A DNA stretch of 64,000 nucleotides from Oculina patagonica. Its lineage: Eukaryota. Every line of letters begins with the position of its first letter. Position 1 is the first letter of the stretch. The position numbers and the translations under genes were made by a program. Shown in pieces: positions 1-12,490 of this stretch. The stretch spans positions 5,704,001 through 5,768,000 of the forward strand of contig NC_135770.1 of NCBI RefSeq assembly GCF_052425735.1, written 5' to 3'. The notes below the pieces were generated by a model, which saw only the letters and a list, made by a program, of their open reading frames with translations, was not told where the DNA came from and did not search any database.

Positions 1-225
1 CGTAATTTGTTTTGATTCAGAGACGTTCCTTCCAAGTATTCCACTAGCATTTGAAGGTTTCAGAGAAGGTTTAGTAAGCATTTTACCTTCTGGCTGTCCG
101 ATGTTACTTGCTTCTCGAACACTGTTTCTCAGATCATTTTCTGCTGACTTTCGTTTCTTGCTTTTCGGTGACTCGTCGCTTTCATCGGAAGACGAACTGC
201 TATCGTAAGCACATAAACTCTCCAT
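1..225 (-). CDS. WDR25: WDR25 paralog, start of exon 1 (runs off the left edge)
   Basis: ATG at 225 opens 75 stop-free codons (MESLCAYDSSSSSDESDESPKSKKRKS...SGILGRNVSESKQIT), colinear with the N-terminus encoded from 55808 (MESLCAYDSSSSSDDESPKNKKQK...SGILGRKVSESKQIT). Confidence 0.8.
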   Translation of the reverse strand, partial: MESLCAYDSSSSSDESDESPKSKKRKSAENDLRNSVREASNIGQPEGKMLTKPSLKPSNASGILGRNVSESKQIT

Positions 226-309
226 ACCTCGCTAAGATCTTGTGGTGATGTGAAGCGATTTATTGGTGAACAATGCGGCGCGCAGAACAATCATCATGCC
301 TCACTGGCC

Positions 310-775
310 GGCCGCCATTTTGGCATAATTTGTTCCCAGGGTCTCTCGAGATCTCTTAGGACTACCAACATAACACGACATAACGACAAGGTCACGCAAA
401 TGCAAAAAAAAAATCCTCACGTTGATGTTTTATGTCACCAGTGTGAACAAAACGACATAACGACATAGTTGAAACATAATAACATAAGGAAAGAACTTAA
501 CTTTTCTTTTTGTCGCAGTATGTCCATGTGGTTATGTCCCTAGTGTGAACCAGGCCTTAGACCAGCCCCTGAACTCTTCCTTCCGTGCACTGTGTATTGA
601 ACTCCTCGTTGATCTGAACCCCAGGCGCTAGTTATCCCGGACTCTCTCTTCTTGCGCTTGGATTCAATTGCCACGCGGGGGGGGGGGGGGGGGGGGGGTT
701 CAGGGGCTGAACTAGAGATCTCTTGATTCAAGATGGCGGAAGCACCCGTAAGCTAAACCGGAAGTAAGCTTTTGG
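310..775. promoter_or_regulatory. Putative WDR25-paralog promoter with YY1-like (GCCGCCATTTT, CAAGATGGCGG) and ETS-like (CCGGAAGT) motifs
   Basis: The same motifs occur in the same order upstream of the other WDR25 copy (55950-56050), while the intervening DNA differs. Confidence 0.5.
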
Positions 776-819
776 CGAGACTAAAAACAATGAAACAAGG
801 TAGTAAAGAAATTATTCAA

Positions 820-928
820 CATGACACGAGCGTGGGACAAAGAAAAAATCTGAGTCCCCGACGGGAATCGAACCCATGGCCTCCCAGATACCGGTTGGGC
901 GCTCTAACCAACTGAGCTACGAGAGACT
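820..928 (-). mobile_element. tRNA-derived SINE-like fragment
   Basis: Minus strand reads AGCTCAGTTGGTTAGAGC (A box) ... GGTTCGATTCCC (B box); near-identical copy at 46150-46260. Confidence 0.7.
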
Positions 929-1373
929 AAAGTCGAAAGTGAGGCGTGACAATTCGTAAAACGCGATTTCCCGCTTTGAAAATTGACTTTTTGACCTTGA
1001 CTTTTCAAATATAATTGAAAATTGAATTTCTACATCGACTTTTGATTTTTGATTTGGACTTTTCACTTTGAAGATCGACTTTTGATTTTGACTTTACACT
1101 TTCGATAGTCACTCTCGGCCACGGTATTCAGGAGCAGAACGAAAAGTCCAGTCCCGAGTTCTGTTTTACCTTTTTTTCTTTATTTAGCTGTAAATTTAGT
1201 TCACATTGCTGTTTGGTTATTTTGTCACTATTTCTCCTGATCGAGTGTTCGAGAATGCGTTCTTGAATACGAGTGCTTTTGTTTTCTGAAACAAAAGCTG
1301 TTCTAGCTGAGGGAAACTCCTGCCCTTAGGGCATGTTGGCAGTTTTTTTTTCATAGTTGCTGCTCAATCATTA

Positions 1374-1514
1374 AAGCCTGGTTCTGATATGATCGTCCCG
1401 ATCGTCTCTGTCGCTTCTGTCGCTTCAAAAAGTTTGCTTGCTCCAATCACCTCAGACTTTGCAAACGACAGAAGCGACAGAGACGATCGGGGCGATCATA
1501 TGAGAACCAGCCTT
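1374..1514. mobile_element. Small MITE with imperfect terminal inverted repeats
   Basis: cctggttctgatatgatcgtcccgatcgtc ... gacgatcggggcgatcatatgagaaccagcc, flanked by TAA/TTAA. Confidence 0.5.
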
Positions 1515-2410
1515 AAGGCATCTGAGTATACAAGTTCGCAGGTGGTCTCGTCATTAACGTGACTGATACCTTGCATGTTTGAGTAGAGCCGATTTAAAAA
1601 ATTACAGAAACATGGTCGATTATAAAGGCTGATCGAAACAAATCTCATCCATATATAAAAACTGAGCTCATGTCTTTATTCTAGAGAGCAGTAAACTACA
1701 ATCGATAGACCTCGACGTTTAGTCGTTCCATGTCATTAACTCTGCGCTCAGATAAAGCAAATTTAAATTACAATAAGAAAACAACACTGACCGTGAAATA
1801 ATTCACATTAATTCCCTCTAAAATATAGTATATAGTAAACAGTTTCTCAGTACAAAGCCGGTACAATTTTCTGTGTATTCCATGCCCCTCGGCTATTTGT
1901 AGTGCTGAACTCCTGAAAGTCTTGCCTCATGCCAGTATTTAATCCTCGAAAAAGCACAATTCGCATAGGAAACCCCTGTTTATCCTACGGAAATATGAAA
2001 GAAAAGCTTCAGAATCCAGCTGCCTTACTTTTCTTATAGCAGTGCTTTTAGATTTTTCTATCTCAAAAGTATTACTCAACTATTTAAAATTATTGAAAAG
2101 TATATATGAATGACCGCTGCCATTCGGAATTTTACGGCCCCCTTATAAACTAAACAACATAGGAGAAGTCAGAAAAAAAAAACAAGAGTTGAGCTTATTT
2201 CAACTGTACGCCTCTGTAAGCTTCTGTAAAGCTAAGTAAAGGTGCATAATTTGGTTCTTTACGGTAGTTTTACGGCGACTCAACGGAGCAGTTAGTTCCA
2301 TGTCGTGCTTTGGTTTGATAATAAAAAGTGGTCTCAAATTAAAAATAAAAGAATATTAGAAAGAAAATTAGAAGAAAAACAATATACACCTACTTTTAGC
2401 TCTAAAAATG

Positions 2411-2659
2411 TTAATAACCTTGGCGTTCGTCGTGTTCTCTGGGAATCTGGCGACTGCGCTGTACGCTGTGATTTTGATTCTCCTCGTCAGTTCTACTCAA
2501 GCTTAGCCCCCTGGCTGCCACAGGCTGTTTTGGTTGATTCTCCTCCACTCGTGGCTCCCGATTCATTACAATCGTGCAGTAGATTTTGATCAAGTAGCAC
2601 AGGGCCACAAACAGTAAAACAACACACGCTAGGTTGGAAAATTCTTGAATGAGAGCCAT
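2411..2659 (-). CDS. Small single-pass membrane protein, family copy 1 (MALIQ subtype, 82 aa)
   Basis: ATG-to-stop ORF conserved with 7 paralogs; hydrophobic aa ~10-28; ends EHDERQGY; GTAGGT donor at 2393 after the stop. Confidence 0.75.
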   Translation of the reverse strand: MALIQEFSNLACVVLLFVALCYLIKIYCTIVMNREPRVEENQPKQPVAARGLSLSRTDEENQNHSVQRSRQIPREHDERQGY

Positions 2660-4698
2660 GAAACGACTACTTCAGGTAAGATCTGAAAAATGTTGTTGTC
2701 ACTAGTGCGAGTATGTCTAAATGACGACCGTAGGTCGGCACAGCCCACAGTTATCTAACCGTAACATATGCATCAGACAATGGTTTCAGCTAATTTACTA
2801 TTCACGTAACACGCACGGCAGAACAAAAACTCGCGGTAGGGATCGGTAAGCTTCTAAGATGTTCGGCTGTCTCCGGCTGGCGTTTCAGATCAGGTTCATC
2901 GTGACAAAAGTCACAGCATGAGACGTGCGTTGCCGAGAAGAAATAACAACTGCACGCGGCTCATCCAGGTGAAGCCGCACTGCAAAACACCCTTGATCGA
3001 ACTGAGATCAAGTTCATTTTCTGTCACAAAAATAAGGATTTTTAAACAACATTTAGGTTCCATGCTTTGAAGATTGTTTGAAAACATTTCCATGTGAAGA
3101 ACTGTGACTGGTTATGGGTCTTTGTCGTGGAACAATAAAAGGCAATAAATCAGTATTCAAGTAGGTACCCCTTAGGCCATGTTGTAGAAGTTTCATTCCT
3201 ATGTCGAAACAGCGGAAGTTCGAATTCAAAACAAATACATTGACCAACAATTAAGAAGACGAAAGCCATATTGATAACGAATTCCCGTGGTGTTTTCAAG
3301 AAGCCCCATTCTTTCACAGTTCGATCATAGACTGCTCAGAGAACTGAAAGTCACTTAACATTATTACTTGTAACGGGAAACTCGAAAACATTGAAAACAC
3401 GTTTCATTATCAAAAATATCATATCTACTGCACCTGTTAATTTCCTTCATCACCGTTAAACAACTAAACAATTAGAAAGTCATCCATAACTAATGATAAC
3501 TGTTTATTTTCACACCATTCAAGTTTTATCTTATTCAAATTGACCAAACTGGACACGAAATATGAACAATATAGTCTAACTGGAACATAAAATTAAAGAA
3601 GATCTTAAAATTACAAATCAAAATATATATATAAAAAAAATATGTGCAAATGTTTGATTTTCGAATATCCAGAAACTCCATTTTTGCAAAACATTATTTT
3701 AAAAATGTTACACGTTGACCACTTGGATTTTTAAATTCTACAGATTTATTCAGACAGTTCATCTAGCATGTCTAAGACCCTACGTTCATATTTCATCAAG
3801 CCTAATATCTCCTAAGTAACTTCGGCTTCGTGAATTATTATTTACCGGTTACCTTCTAGTGCTCGAGGCGCTTTCAAAGCCTAGCTGGAAACAATGCTGC
3901 TAATTAAAGGACAAGGCAGTTAGTTTTTCACGTAAAAACCTCTCCTCGGTACTCCGGGCAGCTTTTACTGAACTACACACACTTCATATGAGTATTAAAT
4001 AATAAAAAAGGTATTTCTTTTCAAGATAAGTATATCTTATTTTATCTTAATGGGCACACACTGCTCCCACGAGCCGGCCCAGATTGCTCCAGAAACCTAC
4101 GATTTAGTGAGACATAACGACTGAACGAGTTCCTAAGTGAAGCAAAAAATCTCCTAAGTAACCAGCGCGACGGTTACTTTGGTGTATCGGTATGAAGGTG
4201 TATCAGTATGAAGGTGTATCGGTATGTAACCTATATTAACAGCATTTAAAAGCTAAGAATCAAGCTATTGAATTTTCCTTCATCAGAAAACGATTTCGCC
4301 TGAAATTAAATAATGGCGAAATATCTCTGTGTTATTTGTGTGGACAGAGAAATACTCTGAAAGCGTTTTCAATGACGTCACGTTAAGTACATGGTGAAAG
4401 TCGAGATCTGAATAAGTTGCATGTGACAACCATTTTCAAAATTTCGTTAGCTTTTAGTGTTCGTGTGTCGCCAGAAATCACATTTGAAAAATCTGTTATT
4501 AGCAAACCTGATAGCAAACAATGTTTTGAAACTGTGGCCCTCGAGGCTACGACACACATACAGACACTGAAAAACAGTCAACCTCGAAAACTAGTCACGC
4601 AGTGGTGCGGAAATGCTTAAATTTAATCAAAGGCAGTTTTGTTAGTTGTGTTATAAAGGCGTTTTTATTTACAGAAACATGGTCGATTATAAAAACGT

Positions 4699-4760
4699 CA
4701 CATGTAAGCTACACATGTAAGCTACACATGTAAGCTACACGTGTAGGCTACACGTGTAAA
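4699..4760. repeat. 13-bp tandem repeat (cacatgtaagcta x ~4.5) at a deletion junction
   Basis: Visible directly; it joins sequence homologous to ~62670 with sequence homologous to ~63838. Confidence 0.75.
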
Positions 4761-5839
4761 TAGACGTGCGAATAACCAATCGCGAAAGAGATTTAAGTAA
4801 AAGGGGTTTCTCCTTCTCGGCCGGGTCAAACGAAGGTCGTTAGGTTTGAAGACCGGTTCTTTGCTTGGATAAACTCGGACTGCTTTGAAAAAATGCTTTT
4901 GTTTCTTTGTTTCCTAGCTTAGTGACAGTCAACTGGCTACTAAAACAAAACAAAAATGGAGTCGAAACGATCCTGTACAATAAACGCGCATCTAAAACTC
5001 ATGCTGTTACCTCTCTGAGCTAGCCAATGTGTTTTAAATAAATCAAAGATACAAAAGCAAGTGTCGATCATCATTTTTCGAACCTACAAGGCCGACAGAA
5101 TTCAGAAACTATGTAAAAAATTTCAGAAAATATGTAAAAAGAAGCCAAATACAAACAAAGCCCGATCAGTGCCCGACACGCATTCTGACTTTAAGTTGAC
5201 ATCAATCGCTGCTATTTATCTCTGACTATTTATCTCCAGGTGTTCAATGTACAATGACGAAATCCAAAGCTCGACTCGCATTCTGACTGATCTCTTCTGG
5301 TAGAGCACAGGCAGACTACCCTATTTGTTTGCAGTCATTAGCATCACTTCGAAAAGTCAAAAGTCAAAAGGAATATTTACATTCATAGCATATAGCACTC
5401 AAGAAGTGCTCTCGTTGCTTCCTTGCGTGCTTTATAACAGAACAATGCACGACCAAGGCTTTTTTATTCGTGAAATATGGATGACAAACCGCCTACGCTT
5501 CCTCTTTCGGGAGCAGAACGAAAAGTCGATGTTAGAATGCCGAGTTTGTTTTTTGTTATGTTTTTTAAACTTCCGATTTCCCTTGAAGGTTCGAGTTATC
5601 GGGGTTCAACTGTATTGTATTTTTTCTTTAACGGTTAGGTGCTAAGGTAAGTGGAGACAGGTGGGAAAGTTGGAGGATAGCACGTCCGGACATCGCAACT
5701 CGTTTTTAAAAACTTGATTCGTTCGATAAAGCTGAAAAAGTTAGATTTAGAACCTACACAAGGCATTATTGCTAAAGGGTCTTCCGTGTATCAAAATGAA
5801 AAAAATGAAAAAAGAAAATGAGAAGAAAACTAACTATAG

Positions 5840-6088
5840 TTAATAACCTTGGCGTTCGTCGGGTTCTCTGGGAATCTGGCGATTGCGCTGTACGCTGTGA
5901 TTTTGATTCTCCTCGTCAGTTCTGCGCACACTACGCGTACGCCTCCTGGCTGCTTCAGGCTGATTCTCTTCCACTCGAGCCGGCTTCCGATTCATTACAG
6001 TAAGGTAGTAGATTTTGACCACAAAGCACAGGGCCGCAAACTGAAATACAACACACGCTACGTTCAAAAATTCTTGAATGGGAGACAT
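5840..6088 (-). CDS. Small single-pass membrane protein, copy 2 (MSPIQ subtype, 82 aa)
   Basis: Paralogous ORF ending EPDERQGY; GTTAGT donor at 5834; downstream flank rearranged relative to the paralogs. Confidence 0.7.
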   Translation of the reverse strand: MSPIQEFLNVACVVFQFAALCFVVKIYYLTVMNRKPARVEENQPEAARRRTRSVRRTDEENQNHSVQRNRQIPREPDERQGY

Positions 6089-6417
6089 AGTTGCGGAATG
6101 CGTACTTCAGAATGAGTGTCAGCTAGCGAGTAAGCATTATTTTTTATCGTTGTCTGAAGTTAAACATCCGGCATTAAAAATTCAACCATGCAAGCAGCAC
6201 CTAAACAATGGCAGTCAGACTTAGAGGGGCTTTCTCTGATTTTAACCCCCGTGTTCAAGCACGCTGCAAGGTGACATATATTCTGTCCAAAAGCACAAAG
6301 CTCACAAAGCCGATTAGATAAGTTAGATATTTGTAAGCCATCCGGGTAGCAGACCTCTTGACCTTGTGATATAAAATGAAAAATGCCTCTCGTTTAATTT
6401 GGAACAATTGTATTTTT

Positions 6418-7195
6418 CCCGGGGTATCCAATCGAACGTTCGGTAATCGAACTCAATCGAACACCAATCGTTCGATTGGGTTCGGTAATCGAACATAATC
6501 GAGCTCACAATAAAATTTGGTCAATCGAACTCAATCGAACTTTCGATGACCGAACAACCAACAAACGAACTCAATCGAACGTTCGAATACCGAACTCCTG
6601 TTTGTTCCCCTAATCCTTTTTTGGCGATTCGCCATACCTCGGGATAGGATGATTGTCTGCACAATAGCCACGGGCACATCAGTCTGCCACGAAGTTGGTA
6701 GACATTTTGCCAAATGTGTTTCTTCACATATTGAACACAACTGCCTGTGTTGCAGTGAATGAAATGGTGCAACTTCTGTTTGAGTGTAACGGTGAAAAGC
6801 AGGGCAGAAACCATATCCTTCCTTCTAATATAGAAATGTAAACAATAGTGCATTTCAGTGATTTTACCGTCGTTTTGTTCTTTTTTACCAAATATATTTT
6901 ACTAAACATTGACATTCAGTTCGTTATTTGGACGTTTTTATATTCCATTCAATAAAAGTTGATTTTGATTAGTCCTGCGTGATTTACTTATCAAGAGAAA
7001 GATCTCAAACAAAATCCAACCCGATTGAGTTCGATTGTGTTCGATTATGTTCGATTGGTTCGATTGGTTCGAAAGTCGAACTCACAGCAAAATAGATGTT
7101 CGATTATGTTCGATTACCGGACCCGATCGAACGATCGGCGTTCGATTGGGTTCGATTGATTTTTGGTTCGATTTTGTTCGATTGGATACCCCGGG
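6418..7195. mobile_element. Non-autonomous DNA transposon with CCCGGGGTATCCAATCGAAC termini, subterminal aatcgaac repeats and 6-bp TSD ATTTTT
   Basis: TIRs visible; the empty site (attgtatttttgc) is present in the paralogous regions at ~13580 and ~27235. Confidence 0.85.
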
Positions 7196-7464
7196 ATTTT
7201 TGCAGCAGTTGTATCAACATGCCTCGAACCAGTAACAGCTCTGAAGGGAGTGACTTATAACCACAGATTACAGTACTGGCGATTACAGACGTGCTAGTTA
7301 ACGTGTACATGTCTTCTCGGGTTTGTTTCCCAAACGTCTAAACAATACGAAAAACCATTCAAATGAATAACTATAACGAATGCACGTGCAGTATTATTTA
7401 GTGCAGCAAGCGCAGCAGGGAGCACATGAGGCTCTCCGTGTTCAGCAGTCGACTCAAGACGGAC

Positions 7465-7865
7465 CCCGGGGGGGGGGGGTACTCCCTATAATGGCCTATA
7501 CGGGGAGGCTCCGCCCGAAAGGGGTACCTTTTTCAGGCTTCAGGTATATAAAAGGGTAGGGATTTCACGAGGTTAAGTATACGGAAGGGTATGGAAATCT
7601 GTCATTTGGCTATTTAAAATTTCGAACGGACGCAATTTACGGTTGTATTATTTTAATTTATTAAGCGCTACATAAAAATGACAAGAAAACGTCCTATTTC
7701 AAGTCCACGCCATGTCTCTCAGGTATATGAAAGGGGTACCTTTTTTCAGTTAAAAGTATACGAAAGGGGTACAATTTCTGTGAAAAATGGTATATAAAAG
7801 GGTAAGGGGTAAGAACTTGGGGCGGAGCCTCCCCGTATAAAACTTTTTTGAGTAGAGCCCCCGGG
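7465..7865. mobile_element. MITE with CCCGGG termini and 8-bp TSD AGACGGAC
   Basis: TSD at 7457-7464 and 7866-7873; inverted subterminal ggggaggctccgccc motifs. Confidence 0.75.
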
Positions 7866-7889
7866 AGACGGACTCAAAAGACGACTGGG

Positions 7890-9135
7890 GACGCATGAAA
7901 TCCCATACACAATGCGGGATAATGACATCCTTTACTCCTCCATTGGTGTGTAATGACGTTCTATTGAATTTCATCAAAACACATCAAAGCTAAACAATTT
8001 TCAGCGGGACACCTGACAAATTCTAAACATGTCTAGAATTAATAGTTTCTAAAACCATCGGTCCATGAAACTCTTTACTCCTACGTTAGTTTGTAATGAC
8101 ATTCTACTGAAGTACAATCAAAGCTCTCTTAACGGACACTCTCGTAAGCGGACAGTTCTACTTACGGCCGCCTTGTTAGAAACCCCGTTTTTACTCCCAT
8201 ACAAACTCTGTATTTTACATTCTCGTAAGCGGACATTCCCGTAAGCGGCCGCGGACACTTTCCAAGATTACGACTTAAACTTTTTCTTTGTTTTTAAGCT
8301 CCCAGAAGCGGACACCGCAAAGAAAATCATATAAAAACCTCTGTACTTCACATCGCCGTTCGTCACTGTAATTACAGTCTAGTACCATATTTCAGTGTTT
8401 GTTTTGTCGTCATCCACGTCCGGTTACATTTCGAAACACCACTAACATGCATATTACCATTATGTTAGCTGGGCAAGCTCCCGTAAGCTGCTATCTATCC
8501 CCTACACCTCTAGTGGCCGCTTACAAGAACCATTCTCGTAAGCGGCCAGCTCCAGTTGCGGACACTTTTTTCGCGTCCCGAGGGTGTCCGCTTACGAGAG
8601 CTTCGACTGTAGTAGTATAATTTCATCAACACACCTAAAGTATAAACATTTCTATAACCAGTTTCTAAAATCAACGGATAAAATCCCATGTACACAATGA
8701 CATTCTTTACTTCTACATTAGTAGTCTTTAGTAAGTAGGTAATGATGTTCTATTGAATGAGGATCATTTCATCAAAATACATCAAAAGCTACATGAAAAT
8801 TCATCAAGACACGTGCACCTGATTAAGTATAAACATGTCAAACCACAGTTTCTAAAATCATCGGATGAAATCCCATACACAATGACATTTTTCTGTTTTT
8901 TTACTCCAACGTGAGCGAGTTGTAATGAAGTTCTACTGAATAAGTATAATTACATCAAAATATATCAAAAGCTACACGAAACTTTATCAGGACACCTGAT
9001 AAAGTATAAACATGTTTATTACCAGTTTCTAAACCATCGGATGAAACCGTAGATACAATAACAATCTTTACTCCTACCTTAGTTTGCAATGACGTTCTAT
9101 TGAATACATGATCATAATTACATCAAAACACATGC
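7890..9135. repeat. Degenerate ~140-180-bp tandem satellite, array 1
   Basis: Repeated aatgacattctttactcc...taatgacgttctattgaat...catcaaaacacatc...tttctaaaatcatcggatgaaatccc units. Confidence 0.8.
8115..8609. mobile_element. Tc1/mariner-type MITE (TA TSD) inserted in the satellite
   Basis: caatcaaagctctc...gagagcttcgactg termini flanked by TA; empty site at ~27710. Confidence 0.75.
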
Positions 9136-9771
9136 ATATATAAAAACTGTGCTCACTTCTTTATTCTAGAGAGCAGTTAACTACAATCTATAGACCTTGA
9201 CGTTTAGTCGTTCCATGTCATTAATTCTGCTGCTCAGATAAAGCAAATCTAAAATTACGATACGAAAACAACAACTGTGAAATAATTCGCATCAATTCAC
9301 TCTAAAATGTAGTATATAAACAGTTTCTCAGTACACAAGACAGTACAATTTGCTGTGAATTCCATTCCACTCGACTATTTATAAAGCTGAACTCCTGGAA
9401 CTCCTGCAACTTGTCTTGCCTCATGCCACTATATCCCCCTGTCCTTGAAAAATAAAGCTTTCAGCACAATTTGCGTAGGAAACCTTTATGTAAGTCCTAC
9501 AGGAAAATATGATAGAAAGCTTCAGAATCCAGCTACTTCACTTTTGCTTCTAGATTTCCGATCTTATACAACATAACTTTTAAAAATTATTGAAAAATCG
9601 GATACGAATCACCGCTTTCTACCAAGAATTGCACACTGAAACTGAAGGGCATAAAAGAACACAGAAAAGTCATAACAAAATTGAAGTTTGATAATTAAAA
9701 ACGGTCTTAAATGTTTAAAACTGAAAAAAAAAAAAAGAAAATTAGAAGAAAACGATACACACTTACTTTAA

Positions 9772-10014
9772 TTAATAACCTTGGCGTTCGTCGTGTTCTC
9801 TGGGAATCTGGCGATTGCGCTGGACGCTGTTATTTTGATTCTCGTCAGCTCTGCTCACACGACGCCTACTGGAAGCTGCTACAGGCTGCTGTGGCTGATT
9901 CTCCTCCACTCGTGGCTCCCGATTCATTATGCAGTAGATTTTGATCAAGAAGAACAGGGCCACAAACAGTAAAACAACACACGCTAGGTTGAAAAATTCT
10001 TGAATGAGAGCCAT
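9772..10014 (-). CDS. Small single-pass membrane protein, copy 3 (MALIQ subtype, 80 aa)
   Basis: Paralogous ORF; GTAAGT donor at 9766 and polypyrimidine-CAG acceptor at 9642 (or 9636). Confidence 0.75.
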   Translation of the reverse strand: MALIQEFFNLACVVLLFVALFFLIKIYCIMNREPRVEENQPQQPVAASSRRRVSRADENQNNSVQRNRQIPREHDERQGY

Positions 10015-10579
10015 GATGGTTTTGAAATGACTCAGTTTCAGGTGAGATCAGTAAAAATGATGTTGTCAAGTACGAGTATTACTAAATGAAGACCGTAGGT
10101 CGGCACGGCCCACAGTCATCTAACTGTAACATATGCATCGGTGGTTTCAACTAATTTACATTCACATAACTACGCACGCGCGGCCGGCATGCAAAACAAA
10201 AACTCGCGGTAGGGATCGGTTGGCCTTTTACTGAACGTCCCAGATGTTATCCTGGGTACCAGAGGATTTTTTCTCGCGCGCGGTGGACCCAGATGTCCTA
10301 TCCGGCTGGAAAATCAGGTCGTGAGGAAATTCACAGCATGATGCCACGCCGAGAAGAAAGAACAACTGCAAGCGGCTCTAGGTTTCATAATTGAAGATTG
10401 TTTGAAAAAATTTCCATTCGAAGTATCAGGTGAGTGGTGTGAATCTTTGTCGTGAAACAATGAAAGGTTGATTTTTACACCAACAATAGAGAAGAATTTG
10501 GAATTTATTCAGCTATACGCTGACTATACATTTTTACTCAAGTATAAAGGTAGATGATAAAGAGACTTCTTTACACCAA

Positions 10580-10840
10580 CTTTAAATCACATTTACACAC
10601 GGTAGCTTTAATAGGCATTCGTCGGTCAAGGTTGACCATGGGTAGCATCCTGGTTGTCTGCTTGGCTTGAGCACCAGCGTCTGTGGCTGCAGAGGCCGAT
10701 GCAGGAGTGACAGTCTTTATTACCGAGGCTGCATCTGTGCTCTGTCTCTGGTCTGTCAAGGCTATCGCTTTGTTTTCTGCGGACCCTTCTCTCTGTGGCA
10801 CCACCTTTAACAACATCTAATTGATGGTGTAAAGAAGTGT
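10580..10840 (-). mobile_element. 3' fragment of an RTE-like non-LTR retrotransposon
   Basis: Translation ERRVRRK...HRCSLGNKDCHSCIGLCSHRRWC resembles the C-terminal Cys/His motif of RTE ORF2; absent from the paralogous flank at ~33745. Confidence 0.6.
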
Positions 10841-11936
10841 AAATCCCAATTTTCATGCCGTGCACTCGCCGATCGCAACACATGATCAAGGTATATCAGC
10901 CATTTTCCACTCTTATCATAGCGTTTCTGACAAGATAAGTTTAATTTGCACTGTACTGTATACTAAAGTGCTGAAAAATCAGTGAAATATCAATTGTTAA
11001 CCGACCCCGACAATTCGAAACTCCGCTAGCTAGAACTGTTTTTCCTTTTTCCTTCAGAGTTCGAGTTAGCGGGGTTCTACTGTAATATTTTTCGCAGTTA
11101 ATTCAGTTCAGTTCATCTGTTTGGTTATTTTGTCACTGTTACTCCGGATGGAGTGTTCGAGAATGCGTTCCAAAAGTTAACGTAATTGAACAAAGAAAGT
11201 AAGAAGTTTTTCCGGACTTTCGGCGAGTCATTAGCCTCCTACGCAGACACTATTTGTTCGGCGAGTACAAAGAGCGTCTGCGTTGAAGGCTAACGAGGCA
11301 TGCGAGAATAGTGACTTCTGAAACAAAACTGAACTGTTTTATGTGTAAACAATAGAAAGTTTTTCTTTTATTGTTGAGGGATAACAATGGATAAGGAATG
11401 GTCGGAAGCATTTTGTTCTCTTCATCACTCAAATGGCTTTTCACGGTCCCTTGTGATATATCGTGGAAAATGAAATCATATGATCTACGAACGCACAAAT
11501 ACAAACTTGAGAACGACAGCAGATCGAAATAACATAAATATGGGCCTCTGTGTTTTGTAACGCTGAAGCGAGCTCTCGCCCTTGGAGCGTGAAGTTTGCT
11601 TCTTTTTGTTTTCACGGACAGCTGCTTGAGCATTTGCTTCAGTCCAGTGCTTTTAATGAAAACAAGTTTGCGCATTGCATTGTTCGATCGCAGGTGGTTT
11701 CACCGTTGCCAAAAGAAGTAAAAGATGACCCACTATACACGATTGAGTAGTAAGTGCGGAAATATTTTAATTATTTACAGAATTAACATGGTCGATTAAA
11801 ACAGTACAGGTGATTGAAGCAAATCGCTTAAAGTCCACTTCTTCATTTCTAGAGAGCAGTTTACTTCAATCGAGTGACATTGACTCGACATTGACGTTTA
11901 GTCACTCTATGTCATCGGCTCTGTTGCTCAGATATA

Positions 11937-12490
11937 CCTTATTCTCACTAAATTTGGCGATTTTCGCGAAATATACTGAGGACACGCGAAGTTTTAAATC
12001 GCGAAATTTACTATCGTACTGATAATATAAAAAAATAATGAAACTCGATGTGTTTTATCATAGTTAATCATAGTTATTCTAACATGTCTGAGCTTCATGT
12101 TTAGGAGTTTTTTGTTTAATTTTGTCCATTAGTTATCTCCCACTCTATCAGTCGCACTGTTCGAACTGTTCTCTGCCGCCAAGTTCCTCAAAATCTCGCT
12201 CTTGCAGTCGAAGATGAACCTATAAGGGATTTAGACTGTTGAATAACTTATGTTTTGTTATGTGTATATTGTTTTGTTTGCTGTTTTTACGATGACTTTC
12301 ATATTAATTATGTTGTTACAGTTCCGAGGTCAAAGCTTCATATTGAAGAATAGATAAAAATCGCGAAATTTAATACACTCCGATTGTACCTTCCCCTCAA
12401 AATCGCGAACTGAAATTAATAAGTACTCGCTAAATATGGCTCTTGATTTTTCGCGAAATTAAGTACTCGTGAAATTTAGTGAGAATAAGG
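11937..12490. mobile_element. Tc1/mariner-type MITE (TIR CCTTATTCTCACTAAATTT, TA TSD) in the putative 3'UTR of copy 4
   Basis: TIRs visible; paralogs show the empty site ctcagata..gcaaattt. Confidence 0.85.

Noticed and set aside
850-922. tRNA gene (also 46181-46252)
   Set aside because: Embedded in a longer dispersed repeat with shared non-tRNA flanks; treated as SINE-derived.
5849-6115. Plus-strand hydrophobic ORFs (LAFVVFSGNLAIALYAVILILLVSSA...) antisense to each micro-protein gene, resembling signal peptides
   Set aside because: These are the codon-aligned antisense of E/N/Q/R-rich codons, which is hydrophobic by construction. Most lack an ATG, their stops vary between copies, and the splice and poly(A) signals support the minus strand.
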